DNA from: Eledone cirrhosa
Taxonomy: Eukaryota
Assembly (NCBI GenBank): GCA_964016885.1
Contig: CAXHJY010000607.1
Coordinates: forward strand, 1 to 64,000
Length of the DNA stretch: 64,000 bases
Direction: 5' to 3'
Below are positions 28,501 to 43,084 of the stretch, in pieces. The position numbers and the translations under genes are program-made. How positions within the stretch are numbered: the stretch's first letter is position 1; each line of letters starts with the position of its first letter. The notes under the pieces were generated by a model. That model saw nothing but the letters and a program-made list of their open reading frames with translations. It ran no database searches and was not told where the DNA came from.

Positions 28501-30566
28501 ACGGTTTGGTTCCACAGCCACAACTATTGATTTTACTGAGATATCTTGCTGAAATTCACGCCACACATAGCCAATGAGTGTCTGCACATGTACCAGTAAT
28601 TACAGATCGATCCGACCACGGGCGGCCGGCCCGCGATTGAAAAGGTAACTCCGCCGGCAAATCGCCATTTTTGGATTCGTTTTCTTCGAAGCACACCATT
28701 CGCCGGCGGACTTTGTTGACGTTTAACACGGTTTGGTTCCACAGCCACAACTATTGATTTTACGGAGATATCTTGCTGAAATTCACGCCACACATAGCCA
28801 ATGAGTGTCTGCACATGTACCAGTAATTACAGATCGATCCGACCACGGGCGGCCGGCCCGCGATTGAAAAGGTAACTCCGCCGGCAAATCGTCATTTTTG
28901 GATTCGTTTTCTTCGAAGCACACCATTCGCCGGCGGACTTTGTTGACGTTTAACACGGTTTGGTTCCACAGCCACAACTATTGATTTTACGGAGATATCT
29001 TGCTGAAATTCACGCCACCCATAGCCAATGAGTGTCTGCACATGTACCAGTAATTACAGATCGATCCGACCACGGGCGGCCGGCCCGCGATTGAAAAGGT
29101 AACTCCGCCGGCAAATCGTCATTTTTGGATTCGTTTTCTTCGAAGCACACCATTCGCCGGCGGACTTTGCTGACGTTTAACACGGTTTGGTTCCACAGCC
29201 ACAACTATTGATTTTACGGAGATATCTTGCTGAAATTCACGCCACCCATAGCCAATGAGTGTCTGCACATGTACCAGTAATTACAGATCGATCCGACCAC
29301 GGGCGGCCGGGCCGTGATTGAAAAGGTAACTCCGCCGGCAAATCGTCATTTTTGGATTCGTTTTCTTCGAAGCACACCATTCGCCGGCGGACTTTGTTGA
29401 CGTTTAACACGGTTTGGTTCCACAGCCACAACTATTGATTTTACGGAGATATCTTGCTGAAATTCACGCCACCCATAGCCAATGAGTGTCTGCACATGTA
29501 CCAGTAATTACAGATCGACCCGACCACGGGCGGCCGGCCCGCGATTGAAAAGGTAACTCCGCCGGCAAATCGTCATTTTTGGATTCGTTTTCTTCGAAGC
29601 ACACCATTCGCCGGCGACTTTGCTGACGTTTAACACGGTTTGGTTCCACAGCCACAACTATTGATTTTACGGAGATATCTTGCTGAAATTCACGCCACAC
29701 ATAGCCAATGAGTGTCCTGCACATGTACCAGTAATTACAGATCGATCCGACCACGGGCGGGCCGGCCCGCGATTGAAAAGGTAACTCCGCCGGCAAATCG
29801 TCATTTTTGGATTCGTTTTCTTCGAAGCACACCATTCGCCGGCGGACGTTGTTGACGTTTAACACGGTTTGGTTCCACAGCCACAACTATTGATTTTACG
29901 GAGATATCTTGCTGAAATTCACGCCACACATAGCCAATGAGTGTCTGCACATGTACCAGTAATTACAGATCGATCCGACCACGGGCGGCCGGGCCGTGAT
30001 TGAAAAGGTAACTCCGCCGGCAAATCGTCATTTTTGGATTCGTTTTCTTCGAAGCACACCATTCGCCGGCGGACTTTGCTGACGTTTAACACGGTTTGTT
30101 CCACAGCCACAACTATTGATTTTACGGAGATATCTTGCTGAAATTCACGCCACACATAGCCAATGAGTGTCTGCACATGTACCAGTAATTACAGATCGAT
30201 CCGACCACGGGCGGCCGGCCCGCGATTGAAAAAGGTAACTCCGCCGGCAAATCGTCATTTTTGGATTCGTTTTCTTACGAAGCACACCATTCGCCGGCGA
30301 ACTTTGTTGACGTTTAACACGGTTTGGTTCCACAGCCACAACTATTGATTTTACGGAGATATCTTGCTGAAATTCACGCCACACATAGCCAATGAGTGTC
30401 TGCACATGTACCAGTAATTATAGATCGATCCGACACGGGCGGCCGGCCCGCGATTGAAAAGGTAACTCCGCCGGCAAATCGTCATTTTTTGGATTCGTTT
30501 TCTTCGAAGCACACCATTCGCCGGCGGACTTTGTTGACGTTTAACACGGTTTGGTTCCACAGCCAC
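16524..30566. repeat. Long-range duplication: about 18 monomers at 16.5-20.6 kb repeated at 26.5-30.6 kb (offset 9989 bp = 44 monomers + 1)
   Basis: Shared rare markers: GCCAAACAT at 16759 and 26748, G deletion after 17287 and 27276, T6 run at 17543-17548 and 27532-27537, followed by the same order of downstream variants. Confidence 0.9.
21972..27842. repeat. 13/15-monomer tandem duplication (offset 2952 bp)
   Basis: GCATATG at 22911 and 25863, GCCAAACAT at 23796 and 26748, and the same unit order starting from 21972 and 24924. The second copy has two extra monomers (26967-27394). Confidence 0.9.
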
Positions 30567-32642
30567 AACTATTGATTTTACGGAGATATCTTGCTGAAAT
30601 TCACGCCACACATAGCCAATGAGTGTCTGCACATGTACCAGTAATTACAGATCGATCCGACCACGGGCGGCCGGCCCGCGATTGAAAAGGTAACTCCGCC
30701 GGCAAATCGTCATTTTTGGATTCGTTTTCTTCGAAGCACACCATTCGCCGGCGGACTTTGTTGACGTTTAACACGGTTTGGTTCCACAGCCACAACTATT
30801 GATTTTACGGAGATATCTTGCTGAAATTCACGCCACACATAGCCAATGAGTGTCTGCACATGTACCAGTAATTACAGATCGATCCGACCACGGGCGGCCG
30901 GGCCGTGATTGAAAAGGTAACTCCGCCGGCAAATCGTCATTTTTGGATTCGTTTCTTCGAAGCACACCATTCGCCGGCGGACTTTGCTGACGTTTAACAC
31001 GGTTTGGTTCCACAGCCACAACTATTGATTTTACGGAGATATCTTGCTGAAATTCACGCCACACATAGCCAATGAGTGTCTGCACATGTACCAGTAATTA
31101 CAGATCGATCCGACCACGGGCGCCGGCCCGCGATTGAAAAGGTAACTCCGCCGGCAAATCGTCATTTTTGGATTCGTTTTCTTCGAAGCACACCATTCGC
31201 CGGCGGACTTTGTTGACGTTTAACACGGTTTGGTTCCACGAGCCACAACTATTGATTTTACGGAGATATCTTGCTGAAATTCACGCCACACATAGCCCAA
31301 TGAGTTGTCTGCACATGTACCAGTAATTATAGATCGATGACCACGGGCGGCCGACCCGCGATTGAAAAGGTAACTCCGCCGGCAAATCGTCATTTTTGGA
31401 TTCGTTTTCTTCGAAGCACACCATTCGCCGGCGGACTTTGTTGACGTTTAACACGGTTTGGTTCCACAGCCACAACTATTGATTTTACGGAGATATCTTG
31501 CTGAAATTCACGCCACACATAGCCAATGAGTGTCTGCACATGTACCAGTAATTACAGATCGATCCGACCACGGGCGGCCGGCCCGCGATTGAAAAGGTAA
31601 CTCCGCCGGCAAATCGCCATTTTTGGATTCGTTTTCTTCGAAGCACACCATTCGCCGGCGGACTTTGTTGACGTTTAACACGGTTTGGTTCCACAGCCAC
31701 AACTATTGATTTTACGGAGATATCTTGCTGAAATTCACGCCACCCATAGCCAATGAGTGTCTGCACATGTACCAGTAATTACAGATCGACCCGACCACGG
31801 GCGGCCGGCCCGCGATTGAAAAGGTAACTCCGCCGGCAAATCGTCATTTTTGGATTCGTTTTCTTCGAAGCACACCATTCGCCGGCGGACTTTGTTGACG
31901 TTTAACACGGTTTGGTTCCACAGCCACAACTATTGATTTTACGGAGATATCTTGCTGAAATTCACGCCACACATAGCCAATGAGTGTCTGCACATGTACC
32001 AGTAATTACAGATCGATCCGACCACGGGCGGCCGGCCCGCGATTTAAAAGGTAACTCCGCCGGCAAATCGTCATTTTTGGATTCGTTTTCTTCGAAGCAC
32101 ACCATTCGCCGGCGGACTTTGTTGACGTTTAACACGGTTTGGTTCCACAGCCACAACTATTGATTTTACGGAGATATCTTGCTGAAATTCACGCCACACA
32201 TAGCCAATGAGTGTCTGCACATGTACCAGTAATTACAGATCGATCCGACCACGGGCGGCCGGCCCGCGATTGAAAAGGTAACTCCGCCGGCAAATCGTCA
32301 TTTTTGGATTCGTTTTCTTCGAAGCACACCATTCGCCGGCGGACTTTGTTGACGTTTAACACGGTTTGGTTCCACAGCCACAACTATTGATTTTACGGAG
32401 ATATCTTGCTGAAATTCACGCCACACATAGCCAATGAGTGTCTGCACATGTACCAGTAATTACAGATCGATCCGACCACGGGCGGCCGGGCCGTGATTGA
32501 AAAGGTAACTCCGCCGGCAAATCGTCATTTTTGGATTCGTTTTCTTCGAAGCACACCATTCGCCGGCGGACTTTGCTGACGTTTAACACGGTTTGGTTCC
32601 ACAGCCACAACTATTGATTTTACGGAGATATCTTGCTGAAAT

Positions 32643-35561
32643 TCACGCCACACATAGCCAATGAGTGTCTGCACATGTACCAGTAATTACAGATCGATCC
32701 GACCACGGGCGGCCGGCCCGCGATTGAAAAGGTAACTCCGCCGGCAAATCGTCATTTTTGGATTCGTTTTCTTCGAAGCACACCATTCGCCGGCGGACTT
32801 TGTTGACGTTTAACACGGTTTGGTTCCACAGCCACAACTATTGATTTTACGGAGATATCTTGCTGAAATTCACGCCACACATAGCCAATGAGTGTCTGCA
32901 CATGTACCAGTAATTACAGATCGATCCGACCACGGGCGGCCGGCCCGCGATTGAAAAGGTAACTCCGCCGGCAAATCGCCATTTTTGGATTCGTTTTCTT
33001 CGAAGCACACCATTCGCCGGCGGACTTTGTTGACGTTTAACACGGTTTGGTTCCACAGCCACAACTATTGATTTTACGGAGATATCTTGCTGAAATTCAC
33101 GCCACCCATAGCCAATGAGTGTCTGCACATGTACCAGTAATTACAGATCGACCCGACCACGGGCGGCCGGCCCGCGATTGAAAAGGTAACTCCGCCGGCA
33201 AATCGTCATTTTTGGATTCGTTTTCTTCGAAGCACACCATTCGCCGGCGGACGTTGTTGACGTTTAACACGGTTTGGTTCCACAGCCACAACTATTGATT
33301 TTACGGAGATATCTTGCTGAAATTCACGCCACACATAGCCAATGAGTGTCTGCACATGTACCAGTAATTACAGATCGATCCGACCACGGGCGGCCGGGCC
33401 GTGATTGAAAAGGTAACTCCGCCGGCAAATCGTCATTTTTGGATTCGTTTTCTTCGAAGCACACCATTCGCCGGCGGACTTTGCTGACGTTTAACACGGT
33501 TTGGTTCCACAGCCACAACTATTGATTTTACGGAGATATCTTGCTGAAATTCACGCCACACATAGCCAATGAGTGTCTGCACATGTACCAGTAATTACAG
33601 ATCGATCCGACCACGGGCGGCCGGCCCGCGATTTAAAAGGTAACTCCGCCGGCAAATCGTCATTTTTGGATTCGTTTTCTTCGAAGCACACCATTCGCCG
33701 GCGGACTTTGTTGACGTTTAACACGGTTTGGTTCCACAGCCACAACTATTGATTTTACGGAGATATCTTGCTGAAATTCACGCCACACATAGCCAATGAG
33801 TGTCTGCACATGTACCAGTAATTATAGATCGATCCGACCACGGGCGGCCGGCCCGCGATTGAAAAGGTAACTCCGCCGGCAAATCGTCATTTTTGGATTC
33901 GTTTTCTTCGAAGCACACCATTCGCCGGCGGACTTTGTTGACGTTTAACACGGTTTGGTTCCACAGCCACAACTATTGATTTTACGGAGATATCTTGCTG
34001 AAATTCACGCCACACATAGCCAATGAGTGTCTGCACATGTACCAGTAATTACAGATCGATCCGACCACGGGCGGCCGGCCCGCGATTGAAAAGGTAACTC
34101 CGCCGGCAAATCGTCATTTTTGGATTCGTTTTCTTCGAAGCACACCATTCGCCGGCGGACTTTGTTGACGTTTAACACGGTTTGGTTCCACAGCCACAAC
34201 TATTGATTTTACGGAGATATCTTGCTGAAATTCACGCCACACATAGCCAATGAGTGTCTGCACATGTACCAGTAATTACAGATCGATCCGACCACGGGCG
34301 GCCGGCCCGCGATTGAAAAGGTAACTCCGCCGGCAAATCGCCATTTTTGGATTCGTTTTCTTCGAAGCACACCATTCGCCGGCGGACTTTGTTGACGTTT
34401 AACACGGTTTGGTTCCACAGCCACAACTATTGATTTTACGGAGATATCTTGCTGAAATTCACGCCACCCATAGCCAATGAGTGTCTGCACATGTACCAGT
34501 AATTACAGATCGACCCGACCACGGGCGGCCGGCCCGCGATTGAAAAGGTAACTCCGCCGGCAAATCGTCATTTTTGGATTCGTTTTCTTCGAAGCACACC
34601 ATTCGCCGGCGGACGTTGTTGACGTTTAACACGGTTTGGTTCCACAGCCACAACTATTGATTTTACGGAGATATCTTGCTGAAATTCACGCCACACATAG
34701 CCAATGAGTGTCTGCACATGTACCAGTAATTACAGATCGATCCGACCACGGGCGGCCGGGCCGTGATTGAAAAGGTAACTCCGCCGGCAAATCGTCATTT
34801 TTGGATTCGTTTTCTTCGAAGCACACCATTCGCCGGCGGACTTTGCTGACGTTTAACACGGTTTGGTTCCACAGCCACAACTATTGATTTTACGGAGATA
34901 TCTTGCTGAAATTCACGCCACACATAGCCAATGAGTGTCTGCACATGTACCAGTAATTACAGATCGATCCGACCACGGGCGGCCGGCCCGCGATTTAAAA
35001 GGTAACTCCGCCGGCAAATCGTCATTTTTGGATTCGTTTTCTTCGAAGCACACCATTCGCCGGCGGACTTTGTTGACGTTTAACACGGTTTGGTTCCACA
35101 GCCACAACTATTGATTTTACGGAGATATCTTGCTGAAATTCACGCCACACATAGCCAATGAGTGTCTGCACATGTACCAGTAATTATAGATCGATCCGAC
35201 CACGGGCGGCCGGCCCGCGATTGAAAAGGTAACTCCGCCGGCAAATCGTCATTTTTGGATTCGTTTTCTTCGAAGCACACCATTCGCCGGCGGACTTTGT
35301 TGACGTTTAACACGGTTTGGTTCCACAGCCACAACTATTGATTTTACGGAGATATCTTGCTGAAATTCACGCCACACATAGCCAATGAGTGTCTGCACAT
35401 GTACCAGTAATTACAGATCGATCCGACCACGGGCGGCCGGCCCGCGATTGAAAAGGTAACTCCGCCGGCAAATCGTCATTTTTGGATTCGTTTTCTTCGA
35501 AGCACACCATTCGCCGGCGGACTTTGTTGACGTTTAACACGGTTTGGTTCCACAGCCACAA
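32643..35561. repeat. 6-monomer (1362-bp) higher-order repeat, two copies
   Basis: Units at 32870, 33097, 33324, 33551, 33778 and 34005 carry the same variants as those at 34232, 34459, 34686, 34913, 35140 and 35367 (CACCCAT, GACGTTG, GGGCCGTG, ATTTAAAAGG, AATTATAG). Confidence 0.9.
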
Positions 35562-38544
35562 CTATTGATTTTACGGAGATATCTTGCTGAAATTCACGCC
35601 ACACATAGCCAATGAGTGTCTGCACATGTACCAGTAATTACAGATCGATCCGACCACGGGCGGCCGGGCCGTGATTGAAAAGGTAACTCCGCCGGCAAAT
35701 CGTCATTTTTGGATTCGTTTTCTTCGAAGCACACCATTCGCCGGCGGACTTTGCTGACGTTTAACACGGTTTGGTTCCACAGCCACAACTATTGATTTTA
35801 CGGAGATATCTTGCTGAAATTCACGCCACACATAGCCAATGAGTGTCTGCACATGTACCAGTAATTACAGATCGATCCGACCACGGGCGGCCGGCCCGCG
35901 ATTGAAAAGGTAACTCCGCCGGCAAATCGTCATTTTTGGATTCGTTTTCTTCGAAGCACACCATTCGCCGGCGGACTTTGTTGACGTTTAACACGGTTTG
36001 GTTCCACAGCCACAACTATTGATTTTACGGAGATATCTTGCTGAAATTCACGCCACACATAGCCAATGAGTGTCTGCACATGTACCAGTAATTATAGATC
36101 GATCCGACCACGGGCGGCCGGCCCGCGATTGAAAAGGTAACTCCGCCGGCAAATCGTCATTTTTGGATTCGTTTTCTTCGAAGCACACCATTCGCCGGCG
36201 GACTTTGTTGACGTTTAACACGGTTTGGTTCCACAGCCACAACTATTGATTTTACGGAGATATCTTGCTGAAATTCACGCCACACATAGCCAATGAGTGT
36301 CTGCACATGTACCAGTAATTACAGATCGATCCGACCACGGGCGGCCGGCCCGCGATTGAAAAGGTAACTCCGCCGGCAAATCGCCATTTTTGGATTCGTT
36401 TTCTTCGAAGCACACCATTCGCCGGCGGACTTTGCTGACGTTTAACACGGTTTGGTTCCACAGCCACAACTATTGATTTTACGGAGATATCTTGCTGAAA
36501 TTCACGCCACACATAGCCAATGAGTGTCTGCACATGTACCAGTAATTACAGATCGATCCGACCACGGGCGGCCGGCCCGCGATTGAAAAGGTAACTCCGC
36601 CGGCAAATCGTCATTTTTGGATTCGTTTTCTTCGAAGCACACCATTCGCCGGCGGACTTTGTTGACGTTTAACACGGTTTGGTTCCACAGCCACAACTAT
36701 TGATTTTACGGAGATATCTTGCTGAAATTCACGCCACACATAGCCAATGAGTGTCTGCACATGTACCAGTAATTACAGATCGATCCGACCACGGGCGGCC
36801 GGGCCGTGATTGAAAAGGTAACTCCGCCGGCAAATCGTCATTTTTGGATTCGTTTTCTTCGAAGCACACCATTCGCCGGCGGACTTTGCTGACGTTTAAC
36901 ACGGTTTGGTTCCACAGCCACAACTATTGATTTTACCGAGATATCTTGCTGAAATTCACGCCACACATAGCCAATGAGTGTCTGCACATGTACCAGTAAT
37001 TACAGATCGATCCGACCACGGGCGGCCGGCCCGCGATTGAAAAGGTAACTCCGCCGGCAAATCGCCATTTTTGGATTCGTTTTCTTCGAAGCACACCATT
37101 CGCCGGCGGACTTTGTTGACGTTTAACACGGTTTGGTTCCACAGCCACAACTATTGATTTTACCGAGATATCTTGCTGAAATTCACGCCACACATAGCCA
37201 ATGAGTGTCTGCACATGTACCAGTAATTACAGATCGATCCGACCACAGACGGCCGGCCCGCGATTGAAAAGGTAACTCCGCCGGCAAATCGCCATTTTTG
37301 GATTCGTTTTCTTCGAAGCACACCATTCGCCGGCGGACTTTGTTGACGTTTAACACGGTTTGGTTCCACAGCCACAACTATTGATTTTACGGAGATATCT
37401 TGCTGAAATTCACGCCACACATAGCCAATGAGTGTCTGCACATGTACCAGTAATTACAGATCGATCCGACCACGGGCGGCCGGCCCGCGATTGAAAAGGT
37501 AACTCCGCCGGCAAATCGCCATTTTTGGATTCGTTTTCTTCGAAGCACACCATTCGCCGGCGGACTTTGTTGACGTTTAACACGGTTTGGTTCCACAGCC
37601 ACAACTATTGATTTTACCGAGATATCTTGCTGAAATTCACGCCACACATAGCCAATGAGTGTCTGCACATGTACCAGTAATTACAGATCGATCCGACCAC
37701 GGACGGCCGGCCCGCGATTGAAAAGGTAACTCCGCCGGCAAATCGCCATTTTTGGATTCGTTTTCTTCGAAGCACACCATTCGCCGGCGGACTTTGTTGA
37801 CGTTTAACACGGTTTGGTTCCACAGCCACAACTATTGATTTTACGGAGATATCTTGCTGAAATTCACGCCACACATAGCCAATGAGTGTCTGCACATGTA
37901 CCAGTAATTACAGATCGATCCGACCACGGGCGGCCGGCCCGCGATTGAAAAGGTAACTCCGCCGGCAAATCGCCATTTTTGGATTCGTTTTCTTCGAAGC
38001 ACACCATTCGCCGGCGGACTTTGTTGACGTTTAACACGGTTTGGTTCCACAGCCACAACTATTGATTTTACCGAGATATCTTGCTGAAATTCACGCCACA
38101 CATAGCCAATGAGTGTCTGCACATGTACCAGTAATTACAGATCGATCCGACCACGGGCGGCCGGCCCGCGATTGAAAAGGTAACTCCGCCGGCAAATCGC
38201 CATTTTTGGATTCATTTTCTTCGAAGCACACCATTCGCCGGCGGACTTTGTTGACGTTTAACACGGTTTGGTTCCACAGCCACAACTATTGATTTTACGG
38301 AGATATCTTGCTGAAATTCACGCCACACATAGCCAATGAGTGTCTGCACATGTACCAGTAATTACAGATCGATCCGACCACGGGCGGCCGGCCCGCGATT
38401 GAAAAGGTAACTCCGCCGGCAAATCGCCATTTTTGGATTCGTTTTCTTCGAAGCACACCATTCGCCGGCGGACTTTGTTGACGTTTAACACGGTTTGGTT
38501 CCACAGCCACAACTATTGATTTTACGGAGATATCTTGCTGAAAT

Positions 38545-41500
38545 TCACGCCACACATAGCCAATGAGTGTCTGCACATGTACCAGTAATTACAGATCGAT
38601 CCGACCACGGGCGGCCGGCCCGCGATTGAAAAGGTAACTCCGCCGGCAAATCGCCATTTTTGGATTCGTTTTCTTCGAAGCACACCATTCGCCGGCGGAC
38701 TTTGTTGACGTTTAACACGGTTTGGTTCCACAGCCACAACTATTGATTTTACGGAGATATCTTGCTGAAATTCACGCCACACATAGCCAATGAGTGTCTG
38801 CACATGTACCAGTAATTACAGATCGATCCGACCACGGACGGCCGGCCCGCGATTGAAAAGGTAACTCCGCCGGCAAATCGCCATTTTTGGATTCGTTTTC
38901 TTCGAAGCACACCATTCGCCGGCGGACTTTGTTGACGTTTAACACGGTTTGGTTCCACAGCCACAACTATTGATTTTACGGAGATATCTTGCTGAAATTC
39001 ACGCCACACATAGCCAATGAGTGTCTGCACATGTACCAGTAATTACAGATCGATCCGACCACGGGCGGCCGGCCCGCGATTGAAAAGGTAACTCCGCCGG
39101 CAAATCGCCATTTTTGGATTCGTTTTCTTCGAAGCACACCATTCGCCGGCGGACTTTGTTGACGTTTAACACGGTTTGGTTCCACAGCCACAACTATTGA
39201 TTTTACCGAGATATCTTGCTGAAATTCACGCCACACATAGCCAATGAGTGTCTGCACATGTACCAGTAATTACAGATCGATCCGACCACGGGCGGCCGGC
39301 CCGCGATTGAAAAGGTAACTCCGCCGGCAAATCGCCATTTTTGGATTCGTTTTCTTCGAAGCACACCATTCGCCGGCGGACTTTGTTGACGTTTAACACG
39401 GTTTGGTTCCACAGCCACAACTATTGATTTTACGGAGATATCTTGCTGAAATTCACGCCACACATAGCCAATGAGTGTCTGCACATGTACCAGTAATTAC
39501 AGATCGATCCGACCACGGGCGGCCGGCCCGCGATTGAAAAGGTAACTCCGCCGGCAAATCGCCATTTTTGGATTCGTTTTCTTCGAAGCACACCATTCGC
39601 CGGCGGACTTTGTTGACGTTTAACACGGTTTGGTTCCACAGCCACAACTATTGATTTTACGGAGATATCTTGCTGAAATTCACGCCACACATAGCCAATG
39701 AGTGTCTGCACATGTACCAGTAATTACAGATCGATCCGACCACGGGCGGCCGGCCCGCGATTGAAAAGGTAACTCCGCCGGCAAATCGTCATTTTTGGAT
39801 TCGTTTTCTTCGAAGCACACCATTCGCCGGCGGACTTTGCTGACGTTTAACACGGTTTGGTTCCACAGCCACAACTATTGATTTTACGGAGATATCTTGC
39901 TGAAATTCACGCCACACATAGCCAATGAGTGTCTGCACATGTACCAGTAATTACAGATCGATCCGACCACGGGCGGCCGGCCCGCGATTGAAAAGGTAAC
40001 TCCGCCGGCAAATCGCCATTTTTGGATTCGTTTTCTTCGAAGCACACCATTCGCCGGCGGACTTTGTTGACGTTTAACACGGTTTGGTTCCACAGCCACA
40101 ACTATTGATTTTACGGAGATATCTTGCTGAAATTCACGCCACACATAGCCAATGAGTGTCTGCACATGTACCAGTAATTACAGATCGATCCGACCACGGG
40201 CGGCCGGCCCGCGATTGAAAAGGTAACTCCGCCGGCAAATCGTCATTTTTGGATTCGTTTTCTTCGAAGCACACCATTCGCCGGCGGACTTTGCTGACGT
40301 TTAACACGGTTTGGTTCCACAGCCACAACTATTGATTTTACGGAGATATCTTGCTGAAATTCACGCCACACATAGCCAATGAGTGTCTGCACATGTACCA
40401 GTAATTACAGATCGATCCGACCACGGGCGGCCGACCCGCGATTGAAAAGGTAACTCCGCCGGCAAATCGCCATTTTTGGATTCGTTTTCTTCGAAGCACA
40501 CCATTCGCCGGCGGACTTTGTTGACGTTTAACACGGTTTGGTTCCACAGCCACAACTATTGATTTTACGGAGATATCTTGCTGAAATTCACGCCACACAT
40601 AGCCAATGAGTGTCTGCACATGTACCAGTAATTACAGATCGATCCGACCACGGGCGGCCGGCCCGCGATTGAAAAGGTAACTCCGCCGGCAAATCGCCAT
40701 TTTTGGATTCGTTTTCTTCGAAGCACACCATTCGCCGGCGGACTTTGTTGACGTTTAACACGGTTTGGTTCCACAGCCACAACTATTGATTTTACCGAGA
40801 TATCTTGCTGAAATTCACGCCACACATAGCCAATGAGTGTCTGCACATGTACCAGTAATTACAGATCGATCCGACCACGGACGGCCGGCCCGCGATTGAA
40901 AAGGTAACTCCGCCGGCAAATCGCCATTTTTGGATTCGTTTTCTTCGAAGCACACCATTCGCCGGCGGACTTTGTTGACGTTTAACACGGTTTGGTTCCA
41001 CAGCCACAACTATTGATTTTACGGAGATATCTTGCTGAAATTCACGCCACACATAGCCAATGAGTGTCTGCACATGTACCAGTAATTACAGATCGATCCG
41101 ACCACGGGCGGCCGGCCCGCGATTGAAAAGGTAACTCCGCCGGCAAATCGCCATTTTTGGATTCGTTTTCTTCGAAGCACACCATTCGCCGGCGGACTTT
41201 GTTGACGTTTAACACGGTTTGGTTCCACAGCCACAACTATTGATTTTACCGAGATATCTTGCTGAAATTCACGCCACACATAGCCAATGAGTGTCTGCAC
41301 ATGTACCAGTAATTACAGATCGATCCGACCACGGGCGGCCGGCCCGCGATTGAAAAGGTAACTCCGCCGGCAAATCGCCATTTTTGGATTCGTTTTCTTC
41401 GAAGCACACCATTCGCCGGCGGACTTTGTTGACGTTTAACACGGTTTGGTTCCACAGCCACAACTATTGATTTTACGGAGATATCTTGCTGAAATTCACG

Positions 41501-42371
41501 CCACACATAGCCAATGAGTGTCTGCACATGTACCAGTAATTACAGATCGATCCGACCACGGGCGGCCGGCCCGCGATTGAAAAGGTAACTCCGCCGGCAA
41601 ATCGCCATTTTTGGATTCGTTTTCTTCGAAGCACACCATTCGCCGGCGGACTTTGTTGACGTTTAACACGGTTTGGTTCCACAGCCACAACTATTGATTT
41701 TACGGAGATATCTTGCTGAAATTCACGCCACACATAGCCAATGAGTGTCTGCACATGTACCAGTAATTACAGATCGATCCGACCACGGGCGGCCGGCCCG
41801 CGATTGAAAAGGTAACTCCGCCGGCAAATCGTCATTTTTGGATTCGTTTTCTTCGAAGCACACCATTCGCCGGCGGACTTTGCTGACGTTTAACACGGTT
41901 TGGTTCCACAGCCACAACTATTGATTTTACGGAGATATCTTGCTGAAATTCACGCCACACATAGCCAATGAGTGTCTGCACATGTACCAGTAATTACAGA
42001 TCGATCCGACCACGGGCGGCCGGCCCGCGATTGAAAAGGTAACTCCGCCGGCAAATCGCCATTTTTGGATTCGTTTTCTTCGAAGCACACCATTCGCCGG
42101 CGGACTTTGTTGACGTTTAACACGGTTTGGTTCCACAGCCACAACTATTGATTTTACGGAGATATCTTGCTGAAATTCACGCCACACATAGCCAATGAGT
42201 GTCTGCACATGTACCAGTAATTACAGATCGATCCGACCACGGGCGGCCGGCCCGCGATTGAAAAGGTAACTCCGCCGGCAAATCGTCATTTTTGGATTCG
42301 TTTTCTTCGAAGCACACCATTCGCCGGCGGACTTTGCTGACGTTTAACACGGTTTGGTTCCACAGCCACAA
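38545..42371. repeat. 9-monomer (2043-bp) offset duplication
   Basis: ACGGAC units at 38772 and 40815, ACCGAG units at 39226 and 41269, and T62+C113 units at 39680/41723 and 40134/42177. Only common variants support this call. Confidence 0.65.
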
Positions 42372-43084
42372 CTATTGATTTTACGGAGATATCTTGCTGA
42401 AATTCACGCCACACATAGCCAATGAGTGTCTGCACATGTACCAGTAATTACAGATCGATCCGACCACGGGCGGCCGGCCCGCGCTTGAAAAGGTAACTCC
42501 GCCGGCAAATCGCCATTTTTGGATTCGTTTTCTTCGAAGCACACCATTCGCCGGCGGACTTTGTTGACGTTTAACACGGTTTGGTTCCACAGCCACAACT
42601 ATTGATTTTACGGAGATATCTTGCTGAAATTCACGCCACACATAGCCAATGAGTGTCTGCACATGTACCAGTAATTACAGATCGATCCGACCACGGGCGG
42701 CCGGCCCGCGATTGAAAAGGTAACTCCGCCGGCAAATCGTCATTTTTGGATTCGTTTTCTTCGAAGCACACCATTCGCCGGCGGACTTTGCTGACGTTTA
42801 ACACGGTTTGGTTCCACAGCCACAACTATTGATTTTACGGAGATATCTTGCTGAAATTCACGCCACACATAGCCAATGAGTGTCTGCACATGTACCAGTA
42901 ATTACAGATCGATCCGACCACGGGCGGCCGGCCCGCGATTGAAAAGGTAACTCCGCCGGCAAATCGTCATTTTTGGATTCGTTTTCTTCGAAGCACACCA
43001 TTCGCCGGCGGACTTTGTTGACGTTTAACACGGTTTGGTTCCACAGCGACAACTATTGATTTTACGGAGATATCTTGCTGAAAT

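Noticed and set aside
29464-31475. Longer 85-140 aa ORFs and + strand 60-61 aa ORFs
   Set aside because: They are created by frameshifting indels, mostly in the probable error patch.
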